Source: a virus
Taxonomy: Duplodnaviria > Caudoviricetes
DNA length: 64,000 bases
Direction: 5' to 3' (one strand)
IMG/VR virus record: IMGVR_UViG_3300021426_000072
Span: 1-64,000 of that record
Shown: piece after piece, positions 21,518-32,200 of the stretch
How the letters are laid out: each line of letters begins with the position of its first letter
Numbering within the stretch: the first letter of the stretch is position 1
Notes under the pieces: generated by a model
What the model saw: the letters and a program-made list of their open reading frames with translations, nothing else
Databases searched by the model: none
Told to the model about the DNA's origin: nothing
Position numbers and translations under genes: made by a program

Positions 21518-21841
21518 TTATTCTTCTGGAGCTGAAGTTTCAGGTTCTTCTACGTCAATCGAACTTGGAAGCATACCGATGCTTTCATGTAAAAGTTGTC
21601 TTCCGTCAATAGCAGTAAGAGTGACCGTCATCATAACACGGGCAGCATTTATATTGGCATAGTTCGTAGAAAGCTGCGCATAATAAGCAGCTTTCGCGTT
21701 TTTCATGTTCTGTTCAACATTGCCATTCATACCAGAATCAAAAACCTTGGGAAAACCAGATACCTGATTGTAAATACCATAAGGATTGTTTTCAGAAGTA
21801 ATTACATTAACTGCGTTAACAATGAGAATACTGCGTGCCAT
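21518..21841 (-). CDS. Hypothetical protein of the fibre cassette
   Basis: ORF with RBS, last gene before the terminator. Confidence 0.6.
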   Translation of the reverse strand: MARSILIVNAVNVITSENNPYGIYNQVSGFPKVFDSGMNGNVEQNMKNAKAAYYAQLSTNYANINAARVMMTVTLTAIDGRQLLHESIGMLPSSIDVEEPETSAPEE

Positions 21842-21861
21842 TTTGAATTACCAACCTTTCT

Positions 21862-22776
21862 TTATTCGATTACTCGACAACCATAGATAATAATCTCGCC
21901 ACCAGCCGGAATAAGAGTTTTTGTACTATCATACTGGTGAAATTTCACACCGGTAAGTGCGGTAATACTTGTTATATTTGTTATTCCGTCTGTGGTAGTA
22001 GCGGTATATGTTGCCTGCTGAACGTTTTGTGCATTACCAGAAGAACATGCCTTGCCCAAACTATATGCCATACCACCAAATGCATGAAATGTATATACGT
22101 TCCAGTTTGTAGAAGCCCCAGCAACTGCTATTTGCAACGTTGGAAGGCTTTTTACATTGTTATCCTGATCATAAAAATCTGCGCGAATATAATCACGAGT
22201 TGAAGTAGTAGGTATTCCTATTTTATGAATAATTTGTGCATGTGCAAGTTTAAATGGGAGTCCATCTTTATCTGTATTTACAGTAATAGTTGTTAAATTT
22301 TCATTAATTGGTACTCGAACAATTTCCTCCATCGGACCGTAAAGCTGACCGACGCCAAGCATCTGTGCAATAGCCGCTTTTGTAGCATCAGGATACTGCC
22401 CAAGTGTGATGGTTTCATTGGCAAGATCGGAACCAGCAGCTTTAGCAAGGCCATAGAAAGCAGATTCGTGTTGCTTGGCAATACCCATAACCGCGCTTGT
22501 ATTTGTTCCTTGCTGTATTTGGTTTGAACCGGCAAAGTCTACGACAAGTGCGCCTGTGTTTGAATCAGTAAATAGGCCTCTGCCTCGTTTAACCAGACCA
22601 TATTCGGAGGTGGAAGCATATGGGATGTTTGCCACCCCATCATTGAGAATGCTTGCACCATTTACCTGAACATCTTGAACGGGACCTGTGGCGGGATCGC
22701 CTTTAATGCAATCGAGAGCATTGAAGTTACCATTTTTTTTGTACTTTATAGCCCCTGATAAAATTGTAATAGGCAT
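21862..22776 (-). CDS. Fibre/receptor-binding-like protein
   Basis: DVQVNGASILNDGVANIP module, paralogous to part of the upstream gene; ends IYG.R. Confidence 0.6.
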   Translation of the reverse strand: MPITILSGAIKYKKNGNFNALDCIKGDPATGPVQDVQVNGASILNDGVANIPYASTSEYGLVKRGRGLFTDSNTGALVVDFAGSNQIQQGTNTSAVMGIAKQHESAFYGLAKAAGSDLANETITLGQYPDATKAAIAQMLGVGQLYGPMEEIVRVPINENLTTITVNTDKDGLPFKLAHAQIIHKIGIPTTSTRDYIRADFYDQDNNVKSLPTLQIAVAGASTNWNVYTFHAFGGMAYSLGKACSSGNAQNVQQATYTATTTDGITNITSITALTGVKFHQYDSTKTLIPAGGEIIIYGCRVIE

Positions 22777-22789
22777 TTAACCACCTCCT

Positions 22790-24940
22790 TTAGGTCCATT
22801 TGCGTTTGCCATAAAGCCAGTATTTTGCGGTTCCTGTCACCGCGGTTATTGTGATCTTGCTGAAAATAAGCGGAGGTGAAACGAGCTGAACCGGAGTGGA
22901 CATAGCCGATGTATCGAGTATCTGTCCGCCCATTAACACAGTCGTTGCCACGTTTGTCCTTCCTGTATTTGATCTGCTCACAATTTCTAACAGGCCGCCG
23001 TTTTGAGTAATTTTAGAAATTCCGGTTCTTTGTTCCGCATTTGCGGCTTGGGTATACTGATTAAAATATGCATCCTTAAACGAAGAACTTCCGTTTCCAT
23101 ACCAAAAGCGAATCCTTCCATAATCGCCTTTCCCAGATATGTTGTCCTGCGTTGGAGTCGTGAAAACCAGAATCGCATCAGTTAATTCAAGTGCATCTCC
23201 ATACTGATCAACAGTTATCTCATGGTCTGCCTCTGTGGCGTTTGTGAATGTATCGATTCTGATCAGTTCCCACGGAGACTCGTAGACACCAAGCATCTTC
23301 TGAATGGCAACCAGAGCCGGTTCGGGATACTGCCCAAGCGTGACAGTCTTATTTGCAAGGTCAACTCCGGCGAGCTTGGAGAGGCCGTAAAAAACCGCCT
23401 CATGCTGATGCTCTGGAGCAACCCCTCTATATCCAACGCTCCCTTGCTTTATAACTGTTGAATCAGCAGTTGATACATACAGCGTGCCATCTGACATAAG
23501 AGATATGCCATAATACCACCTTCCAACTTTAACAACACCCGGAACATTAGCCCCCGCAATAGGAATATTCGCCACACCGCCGTCGAGGATGCTTGTACCG
23601 TCAATTCGTACATCTCTCGCTCCGGCATCAACATACTTCTTGGTATCTACAGGATATGCAATCTCAACAGAATCAGCATCAGTCCAGATTGTATTTGTGC
23701 CTATCCGTAACGACATGGTTGCCGAATCGATTTGTACAGTGTATGGCTCTTCAAGCACAGCGCAAACCGTGAAAACCGTATCTCCGTCAACGCCAGTCGG
23801 TAACGCAAGATACAAGTTCAGCGTGTTGGTATCCGGGGGTGTGTAAGCAAAGAAGTGCGGAACCGCACCTTCGTTCGGCATATTCCATTGGTACTTCGCA
23901 ATGTTGCTGATCTGTGTGCTTTTGTTTTTGATCTTGCGTGCAAACGGAATACCTTGCTTTTGATACCCGTCCCTGTCTGCGTATGCTGTTTTTGTCATTT
24001 CGGACAGCTTCAAACTATACGCAACTCTTTCAACCGTCAAAACACCAGTCAGCACATCAAACTCGCCACCGTATACGGTCCCAGCTTCAGACTGCCACGA
24101 GATCGGAATGGTCGTGCCAGAATATGGTTCATAAGTGGTTGCGGTTGCTCCAAATTCTACTTGCATATTGGAAATGGTAATTTCGTTCCCACTTCCGTGA
24201 TGCCCATAGAACCCAACCACCAACCATTTCCCTGTCGCTGATGTTGTGAAGGTTATCGGAGGTCTATCGGTTGTTGTGTTTTCATTATAAATCAAACTTC
24301 CATTTGTTAATAAAGTAGGATACTCAGTAAATTCGTATACTCTTATAGCCAAATCTCCACCACGATATGTAGTATCGAATGAATAAGCATACTGAGTATT
24401 TGGAGTACATGGCATAATGTATCCGCCAGTTGCATTGCCAGTGATCGTGACTATTCCGTTCTCGCTTGACCATTTGTTATAGCTCGAACTAAATGCAAGT
24501 TTCTTTTCTTCATTTACATCAAGAAGATTCTTGCCAGACCGATAAATATTCACTCCATCCCATCCAGTAATCGGACGGATGTTATCAGGAGACGGATCAC
24601 CAGAGCCAGCCTGTTTCGGAGCAAATAACACTTTCATGTCATATAGCTTAAGCCCAGGAACACCATCATTAATTGCAATCGGATTACCAGACTTGGAATC
24701 AATGATAATCGGGGCTTTTTGAGCCAAACCTTCCAGATGTTCTTCGTAGGTAGGAATTTGAATACCTTCTGGAGCGTTCGTGTCATCAATCCATAATTGT
24801 GTATTCGGATTCTGCGGTTCTGTGTCTTGAACTGCAATAAAATCAGACGGATCAACAGGAGATGGGATTCTCCCCCGAAGGTCATCATACAGGAGCTTGC
24901 CATCGCCAAGCGTCATAATTTTGTTTTCTTGAATGCTCAT
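22790..24940 (-). CDS. Fibre/receptor-binding-like protein with a carbohydrate-binding-like domain
   Basis: QAGSGDPSPDNIRPITGW, GKNLL, MQVEFGATATTYEPY, GTVYGG motifs typical of Bacillota phage tail proteins. Confidence 0.7.
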   Translation of the reverse strand: MSIQENKIMTLGDGKLLYDDLRGRIPSPVDPSDFIAVQDTEPQNPNTQLWIDDTNAPEGIQIPTYEEHLEGLAQKAPIIIDSKSGNPIAINDGVPGLKLYDMKVLFAPKQAGSGDPSPDNIRPITGWDGVNIYRSGKNLLDVNEEKKLAFSSSYNKWSSENGIVTITGNATGGYIMPCTPNTQYAYSFDTTYRGGDLAIRVYEFTEYPTLLTNGSLIYNENTTTDRPPITFTTSATGKWLVVGFYGHHGSGNEITISNMQVEFGATATTYEPYSGTTIPISWQSEAGTVYGGEFDVLTGVLTVERVAYSLKLSEMTKTAYADRDGYQKQGIPFARKIKNKSTQISNIAKYQWNMPNEGAVPHFFAYTPPDTNTLNLYLALPTGVDGDTVFTVCAVLEEPYTVQIDSATMSLRIGTNTIWTDADSVEIAYPVDTKKYVDAGARDVRIDGTSILDGGVANIPIAGANVPGVVKVGRWYYGISLMSDGTLYVSTADSTVIKQGSVGYRGVAPEHQHEAVFYGLSKLAGVDLANKTVTLGQYPEPALVAIQKMLGVYESPWELIRIDTFTNATEADHEITVDQYGDALELTDAILVFTTPTQDNISGKGDYGRIRFWYGNGSSSFKDAYFNQYTQAANAEQRTGISKITQNGGLLEIVSRSNTGRTNVATTVLMGGQILDTSAMSTPVQLVSPPLIFSKITITAVTGTAKYWLYGKRKWT

Positions 24941-26613
24941 GCAGATGTCACCTCGTATTCGTCAATAATGCTTTGTGTTTCCTGTATACTTGCGACATCT
25001 GCCATGCTGATTAGCTTAGACCCTCCAACTCCGTTTACAGAACCAACATACACATCACCGTCAAAATGCCCGTCGCCATTCCAGTTAAGGACAAAAGCGT
25101 TAGAGCGTGCATCGGTTGAGAACCCGCTGCCAACAATGAAAGCCTGTTCGGATGTGCGACCAACATAGTCCCACTTGTTTTCATCAAACGTAGCGTCGGA
25201 GTTTGCAGTCTTGCAAGAGAATCCGAAGCCGTCCTTGTTAACAAGATTTCCGACGACGTAAGATGTATTTGCAGTCCACGAGGGGAATACAGTCGGGTCT
25301 TCAACATTGCACCCACCGGCAATAAACGTTGATGTGCCAACATTGCGAAGAGCAACACCGATTGAAGAACTATATCTTACGTTTGGAGAAACATGGATTC
25401 CTTGACCAATAGCAACGTTGCCAGTAGATCCATCAGCGGTGCCTTCAATATAGTTGCTGATACCGAGCAAAACAGATTCACGGGTTTCATCAACCACGTT
25501 GTTTTCGCCGAACACGAAGTTGTAATATGGATCTTTTCCACCAACTTCGTTTCCAACGCCGATGAGATAATTGAAATCCCCGCCACTATAATTCCCGAAA
25601 CCAGCAACAAGCGATCCGCGATTTACGCCATTTGCTTTTGTGAGCATGTTTACACCAATAGCGAAACTATCGAAAGTACTGCCACTGTTGTGTTTTACGA
25701 GCAGAGGCGGCTGTTCAGTTTCCCATATCAGAGAATTCGGAAGGGCCTTTTTGGTTTCGTTTATCCGTTCGATAAGTACAGTATATGTTCCAGCGGTTCG
25801 AGTAAACAGAATTACTTCATTCCGGCTGTTCATATCAAATGTAATAACAAACGGAACATTATAGTTCTTTTCGACTATACCGGGGTTTATGCCGCCACTG
25901 GCAACAAGCAGATTGCCAATATACTCGAACACTTTTACATTTCCGTCATGATCATAGTTGAGCTGGACTGGAAGAATATAAACAGTTCCGTTGACGGTAA
26001 CCCGATAAAGATTTTCTTTGTACGCTCGCCCAGTCACAGGAGCAACGCCTGCGGCACAAGGGGCACCAGAAGGCTGCGCTGTCGTCACGGTAAACTCTCC
26101 GTTGAAAAGAGGGGTGTATGTACGAGCAGTAATACCAGCATTATCAAGTGCGTCTTTGTCAACTTTCACAGAGATGTCAGGTTGTTCTCCCGGTATGCCA
26201 AGAGCAGTAATATCGCCCTTCGTAACTGCGGAAACAGTAGCAATGTGACCTTCGTCGGTAACAGCTATCTTGTAAAGACCAGAAGCCGTTGCGGTCGTCA
26301 GTCTGTTTGCATCGGTTGCGTGATCGTATGCAATTTTGCCATGATCTCCACGATAGGCAGTAGACGATGTTTCGCCAAGAGCAACACCACTAGTTCCATT
26401 GATAACATCAAACGTATGGGAGCCTGTTGCATCTGTTATGGTTATTTTGTGCCCATTTTCAATGTTTTGAACATCTACAGTAGGGGAAAAGCCATCTTGT
26501 CCGGTTTCTCCTTTAGCTCCAGGATCGCCTTTATCGCCTTTAGCTCCTTGTGGACCTTGTATAGCAGGAATGCCAACCCATTCATTTCCTGATTTTACAT
26601 TAAGAATGTCCAA
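24937..26613 (-). CDS. Adhesin-like fibre protein (short collagen, YadA-like head repeats, CBM5/12-like module)
   Basis: GXY repeats; LGETSSTAYRGDHGK; G.NN.V beta-roll repeats; WTANTSYVVGNLV...FDENKW; RSNAFVLNWNG. Confidence 0.7.
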   Translation of the reverse strand: MDILNVKSGNEWVGIPAIQGPQGAKGDKGDPGAKGETGQDGFSPTVDVQNIENGHKITITDATGSHTFDVINGTSGVALGETSSTAYRGDHGKIAYDHATDANRLTTATASGLYKIAVTDEGHIATVSAVTKGDITALGIPGEQPDISVKVDKDALDNAGITARTYTPLFNGEFTVTTAQPSGAPCAAGVAPVTGRAYKENLYRVTVNGTVYILPVQLNYDHDGNVKVFEYIGNLLVASGGINPGIVEKNYNVPFVITFDMNSRNEVILFTRTAGTYTVLIERINETKKALPNSLIWETEQPPLLVKHNSGSTFDSFAIGVNMLTKANGVNRGSLVAGFGNYSGGDFNYLIGVGNEVGGKDPYYNFVFGENNVVDETRESVLLGISNYIEGTADGSTGNVAIGQGIHVSPNVRYSSSIGVALRNVGTSTFIAGGCNVEDPTVFPSWTANTSYVVGNLVNKDGFGFSCKTANSDATFDENKWDYVGRTSEQAFIVGSGFSTDARSNAFVLNWNGDGHFDGDVYVGSVNGVGGSKLISMADVASIQETQSIIDEYEVTSA

Positions 26614-26657
26614 GCTATATCACTCCTTTCTTAGTAATTATTGGTTTCTTTTGCGTA

Positions 26658-29186
26658 TCAAGTCCGGGATTTGAACTGATACCAACCATGCAGAGAATAC
26701 ATGTCTCCTTCATCAATATTATTGATGTTAAAGAAGTTGCAATATCCTTTGCCATAGGTTGCCGTAAACATTGCTTTATCACCCGTGGGATAGAATTTGT
26801 GATCTCCAAGGTCATAATTCTCATCAATGTCCACCCGGATTTCATGGTCTGTGGAATACCCTACCACATGGCAACACGTTGCATCGTTGCTCTTTGTAGC
26901 CTCAGAAGAAGCATCACCCACGGCACGATTCGTTGCTCCGATGTACTGTGTGTTCTTGTAAACGGCTCCACCCTCATATGTTGAGTTCCATGTCCATTGC
27001 AGACCATACCAGATCATCATCTTAACATCTTCAAGCGGTATCAGATCGACAAACGCTTCAAACTTGATTCCATCAAAGATGAGTCGATGGTTTTCCTGTA
27101 ACACTTCACGCCCTGTGCCGTCTGCTTTTTTCGTGTTGGTGGCTTGCACAAGGTTCGTCCAATCCATCTCAAACATGGAACAACTGCCACTACCGGAAGA
27201 AACCGCAATGTTATCGGCTTTGAAAGCAAGAGCCGTTCCCCGTGCGGTTGGTGTTGATCCTTCTCCGGTATTGTTGTACTGATGGTTCCCACCTGTGAAC
27301 GTATCGGATTCGGTGGAATCTCCGTCAATGTTGTTCAATGCTTTTACAACGAACGGTGCGAACCAATCCGTGACTGTTGTAATCAATGGCACTTGGTTTT
27401 CCGCAGAAGTGCTGATGTCTGCGGTGGAGTTGGCAATCAATCCAATCCGATAGAAGTCGAACAGATTGTTACCGCCTTTTTTCTTCAAAGTGATGGCAAT
27501 ATCGTTTAATGCGTTATACTTTGAAATCAGCGTAACCGCATTGCCGTTGTCACCAATTACATAGTTGATCTTTTTTCCGGCAGATAATACCTTCTGTTTA
27601 ATCGTAATATTCCCATAGGGAATAAAAGCAGAAGGAAGGGTTTCTCCCTCGACAATAACGCATCTCTGGTTCAGAACAGTAAGCGAAACCTTATTCGCAG
27701 AGATGTAATAATTGAATCGAATATATGCCGTATTTGCCGGGGTTGTGAACGTGTTTCCATTTCCACCACTCAAGTAGTTGTCTGAACTGTCATAAGCAAA
27801 CCATCCGGCAGCAGCATTGTGCCAAGGTTTTACGATGGAATCATCAACTGCCGGGACAAGACCAACGGTGTACTTCGTGCTTGCCTTGACGGGAATCGGT
27901 GCGGTGCAATTCCACGCCTTATCGAATTGTGTGGAAGAATACGGCACACCGTTTACATAGTAGTGCGGTGAAATGGTTTCACTCGTCTGCTTTGACGGAT
28001 CGTACTGATTGGCCGTAGGGTACAGCGTGCGGTCATCAAGCAATGTACTCTGATTCCCTATCGCTTCCTTTAACGAAGTAATAGACTCAGCCATGCCATT
28101 AGGATTTATCCAAACATTAACTTCTGGATCAGAAGGTTCTGTAGTCCCGTAATATACGCCAGAATTTCCTGTATCTCCCTTGACACCCTGAATACCCTGA
28201 GGTCCTTGAGGACCTGTGTCTCCCGTGTCTCCTTTATCTCCTTTTTCGCCTGTAGCACCGTCAAAATAATCTACTCCCTTTACAGGGGTATAACCATCAT
28301 TACCGGGATCGCCTTTAGGACCTTGTATTCCTTGAGGGCCCTGATCTCCTGTTTCTCCTTTAGGACCTTGAAGACCTTGTGGTCCTTGCTCTCCATCGAA
28401 ATAGTCAACTCCTTTAATTGGAGTGTAACCGTCTTGACCGGGATCTCCCTTGTCGCCCTTTTCGCCTTGAATACCTTGAATTCCCTGTGGACCTTGAGAA
28501 CCAGTATCTCCTTTAGGTCCTTGAATACCCTGTATTCCTTGAGGGCCTCTTTCACCTTGGATTCCTTGTTCTCCTTGTGGGCCAATGTCTCCGGTTTCAC
28601 CCTTTTCGCCACGATCACCTTTTTCACCTTGAATACCTTGGATACCTTGATCGCCTTTATCACCCTTATCACCTTTAAAGGCTCCACTGTCCAAAGCTTC
28701 CTGCAAAGTATCTGCGACAGTAAAATGAATTTGATCTAATACTGTTTGAGCCTGCGAAGCGTAGTTTTCTGCTTGCTCTGCTTGATTACGAGCTTCAGCA
28801 GCAGAAACATTTAACGCAGCTATAGTTTGAGAAATTGTGCTTTGTTGAACTGGAGTTGGTTCTTCATCAGTAGGCTGAGCTCTTTTAGTCACATTAATAA
28901 TGGCGTGGTACTCTGTTTCACCGTCACCATCACCTTCATGAAGAAATATCCATACATGAATGTTTTCGCCTGTCGTTAAAAATTCATCAGGAATATCAAC
29001 GCCAGATGAATCACCAATCATAGTTTTACTATTTTCAATTTCATTATTGCTAAAATGAACTTCATATGCATCTGGGAGTTCTATATCTGTAAACTTTAGT
29101 TTTTGTCCATAATCATATTGAAAGAGACTCCCTGTGTATGATACGACCCCTCGTTGAAGACGTAATGAAATAGTATTGCCTCTCAT
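26658..29186 (-). CDS. Collagen-like fibre protein
   Basis: Long GXY run (~28170-28680) with GYTPVKGVDYFDG breaks; N-terminal LFQYDYGQ BppU-like domain; RBS AAAGGAG before ATG 29186. Confidence 0.85.
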   Translation of the reverse strand: MRGNTISLRLQRGVVSYTGSLFQYDYGQKLKFTDIELPDAYEVHFSNNEIENSKTMIGDSSGVDIPDEFLTTGENIHVWIFLHEGDGDGETEYHAIINVTKRAQPTDEEPTPVQQSTISQTIAALNVSAAEARNQAEQAENYASQAQTVLDQIHFTVADTLQEALDSGAFKGDKGDKGDQGIQGIQGEKGDRGEKGETGDIGPQGEQGIQGERGPQGIQGIQGPKGDTGSQGPQGIQGIQGEKGDKGDPGQDGYTPIKGVDYFDGEQGPQGLQGPKGETGDQGPQGIQGPKGDPGNDGYTPVKGVDYFDGATGEKGDKGDTGDTGPQGPQGIQGVKGDTGNSGVYYGTTEPSDPEVNVWINPNGMAESITSLKEAIGNQSTLLDDRTLYPTANQYDPSKQTSETISPHYYVNGVPYSSTQFDKAWNCTAPIPVKASTKYTVGLVPAVDDSIVKPWHNAAAGWFAYDSSDNYLSGGNGNTFTTPANTAYIRFNYYISANKVSLTVLNQRCVIVEGETLPSAFIPYGNITIKQKVLSAGKKINYVIGDNGNAVTLISKYNALNDIAITLKKKGGNNLFDFYRIGLIANSTADISTSAENQVPLITTVTDWFAPFVVKALNNIDGDSTESDTFTGGNHQYNNTGEGSTPTARGTALAFKADNIAVSSGSGSCSMFEMDWTNLVQATNTKKADGTGREVLQENHRLIFDGIKFEAFVDLIPLEDVKMMIWYGLQWTWNSTYEGGAVYKNTQYIGATNRAVGDASSEATKSNDATCCHVVGYSTDHEIRVDIDENYDLGDHKFYPTGDKAMFTATYGKGYCNFFNINNIDEGDMYSLHGWYQFKSRT

Positions 29187-29219
29187 ACGGTGTCTCCTTT
29201 CCATTAAAAATTAGAAGAG

Positions 29220-29247
29220 GGGAGGGTGCCAACAAAGACACCCTCCC
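29220..29247 (-). terminator. Intrinsic terminator after the TMP gene
   Basis: GGGAGGGTG / CACCCTCCC hairpin followed by CTCTTCTAATTTTT on the minus strand. Confidence 0.65.
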
Positions 29248-29255
29248 GATGGTAG

Positions 29256-32200
29256 TTAGAATGAATATCCAGAAAGATTAAGACCTTGTTTTGTAATTTC
29301 TTTTACAAAAGCTTGTCCCACTTTTCTTGCCACTTTATCATAATCTTCATCAGACTTAAACTCGGCAGCATTAATTGTAATATTGATATCACCAACACTT
29401 GTATTTCCTTTTAAAGATAAATCAGAAAGAGATGTTGTTGCAGATTTAACTGTAATATACTTAAATGAATCGAGCATTGCTCTCATCAAAGAAGTATCTT
29501 CTGCATCTAAGAATGATTCCGGTCTCTGAGGAGTTCCGTCTACCCAAGCTGGGCCTGTGAAATCAACCAACCCACCTTCAGCATAATGCATTGAGTAATT
29601 TGCTCCTGCTGATGTATACGAGGATTTTACTGGATTCTTTTTATCTTTATAGTCATCTTTCAGATAAACAACATCCACTAAACGACCCATTTCTTTTGCA
29701 GCAGCAATGGCTTTTTGCATAGCTTCAGTGTAACTTGAAGCTGGTACAGACCCGCCTTGCGAAGTTGGGTTGCCTCTTTCGTCTGTTGTTGTAAAATAAT
29801 ATGTCTTTTGCGCTGGTTGTTTTTGAGGTGTAGAAGATTGAGGCTCGGGCGTAGGTGCTTCTATTGGCTCAATTATCTTATAAATATTATTCAAATCTTC
29901 AAGAGACAACTCTTTTCCATTTGAAAAATCGATTGTATTTATTGTGCTATCTGATAAACCATAAGGAGAACCAACTTCACCAGAAACTCCAATTACATTA
30001 ACATTAAAGACATTATTTTTAAGTTCATCTATTTTTGATTCAACATCACTAAGAGAATGATTGTGAAGATCAAAAGTAGCACCAGTTTTATTTGCATTAA
30101 CGTCATTATCGTAATATTCGCTCCATTGTCTTTCAAGTAAAGCCATAGAGTTTTGGTCGTTATTTTCTTTAAAGGAACGATATTCACGATCTGTGTTACG
30201 CATATAATCAAGGAAAGAATCTTTGCTTGTTAAAATAGATGTAATCATTGCGTAGTTGGAATCCACAATGTCGTTTGCTTTCTTCCAAGTGTCTTCCCAT
30301 CCTTGAATCATTTGCTTTTGAGCGTCTGGGAGACTCTTCATGAAAGCTTCGTTTTCTTTTCTCATGAATTCCATGATCTTATCGTAAGAATCTTCAAAAG
30401 AACCAGAAAGAATATCATTCATCTCTGCTGCAAAATTATTTGCATCAGAAAGAATGTCGTTAAGAAGTTCTTCATTATATTGAATAAACTTACCTAATCC
30501 TTCTGCCTGTTCATCAATTCTTTCGTTTTCTGCATTTAACTGATCTTCTGCAATTGACCAAGCCTGTTCTTTTTCAAGATCTTCAATCTTACGTTGTAAT
30601 TCTAAAGCATCTTTTGATCTTGTTGGATCAGCTTGAATTAACGCTAATTGTCTTCTGTAATCCGCAAGTTCTTCGTCTTTATCTGCTTGTTCAGAAGCTT
30701 TTTTGCGATAAGCGAATCGTTCATTTATCAGCCGTTTATACTCTTCGAGATTTTCCTTTTCTTTATCAAGATCTTTCTTTTTAAGATCCCATTCATTTTG
30801 CAAACGTCTCTTTAACAGATCAACAATAGTATTCTGCATAGAAACATTTGCATTAAGAATTTCTCGATTACGTTTCTTTTCGGCTTCAATTTCTTTGTCT
30901 ACCGCGTCTTCCAGAGCTTTTCTAACTTGCATAATCTTTTTAACATTTTCATCGTGAAGCTTATTATTCTTTTCGATCTGAACGTTTTCAGCTTCAAGAC
31001 TTTCTTCTCGTTTCTTTATCTGTTCTACAATTCTTTTTTCTTCTTTTGATCCGTCTGAGAATAAAGCATGTTCTTTTTCTAATTGAACAATTTCAGCCAT
31101 TAGTTCGTTTACACGCTCATGTCTTAAATCATTTTCTTCTTCAATTAGAGCATTAACATTTTTCAGTTCTCCATTTGACTGATATTTAGAAGATTCATAT
31201 CCGAGAAGTTTTAAATTATGATCGTATTCAGAAGCAATTAAATCTTGATCTTCAAAAATCTTATCAAGTCTAATTTTTGCAAGTTCTCTTGTTTGTTTTC
31301 TTTGTTCTATAATTAAGTTTTGCAGATTAGACTCATAAGTATTAATCTGATCAAGATACTCCCGTTGTATTGCCGGATCAAGCAACCCAGCCAGCATTCC
31401 TTCGTTATATTGAGACCAGAGAGTATTTACAGCCGCTATTTCTGCTTCAACTAAATCAGGAATATTATTTAAATACATTTGCATCGCTTCAAAATAAGCG
31501 TCATAATCGTTTGTATCTAAATATTCTTGAGCTTGTTCGTTAAGCATTTCATTAACATGTGTAATTTCTCTTGTTGCATCTTCATAGTTTTCGGTAAGGC
31601 CAGATAGATTGCTTTCAGCTAAAGCTCTATTAAGCTCCATTTGGGATGTTTCTGTTTGAGCTATAGCTTCTTGATATTGGTAAACAGCGGCCTGTGCTTC
31701 AAACCACGCAGTAGAACCTTCTTGCAATGTGTTCATTTGTTCAATAGCTGCGGTTTCAGCTATTTTATTATTAACTGCAATGGTGGAATTGATTCTTTGT
31801 TGCTCACGAAGCATATCTTCGTATTGGCTCCGATAGCCTCCTGACTCATAAGCACTCCCATACATAGAAGCAATATTCTGGTTGTGGCTTGCAGTCTGAG
31901 TATTCTGTTGAAGAACTTTTGCAATTTGAGATAATCTTTGAGAATTAATATCAAGTTGCATTTGAACAAGTTGATTGTCCAATTCAGCATTTTCTTCTTC
32001 TTTTTCCCATATCTTATCTCTTACATCTCTCCATGCATCTGTATCTTTTTCAAATTCCGCCAATTGTTTTTTCCAAGCCGTTATATCAGAATCATTGTTT
32101 AATCTGCGAGTTTGTATTTCTTTTATGTTCTGTTCTGTAAATCTTTCATAATCAGCAAAACGATCTTCATTCATTGCTCGTTGAGCATATTTTTCGAGCA

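Noticed and set aside
25393-26592. 399-aa plus-strand ORF
   Set aside because: Antisense shadow of the fibre gene; no RBS and no recognisable motifs
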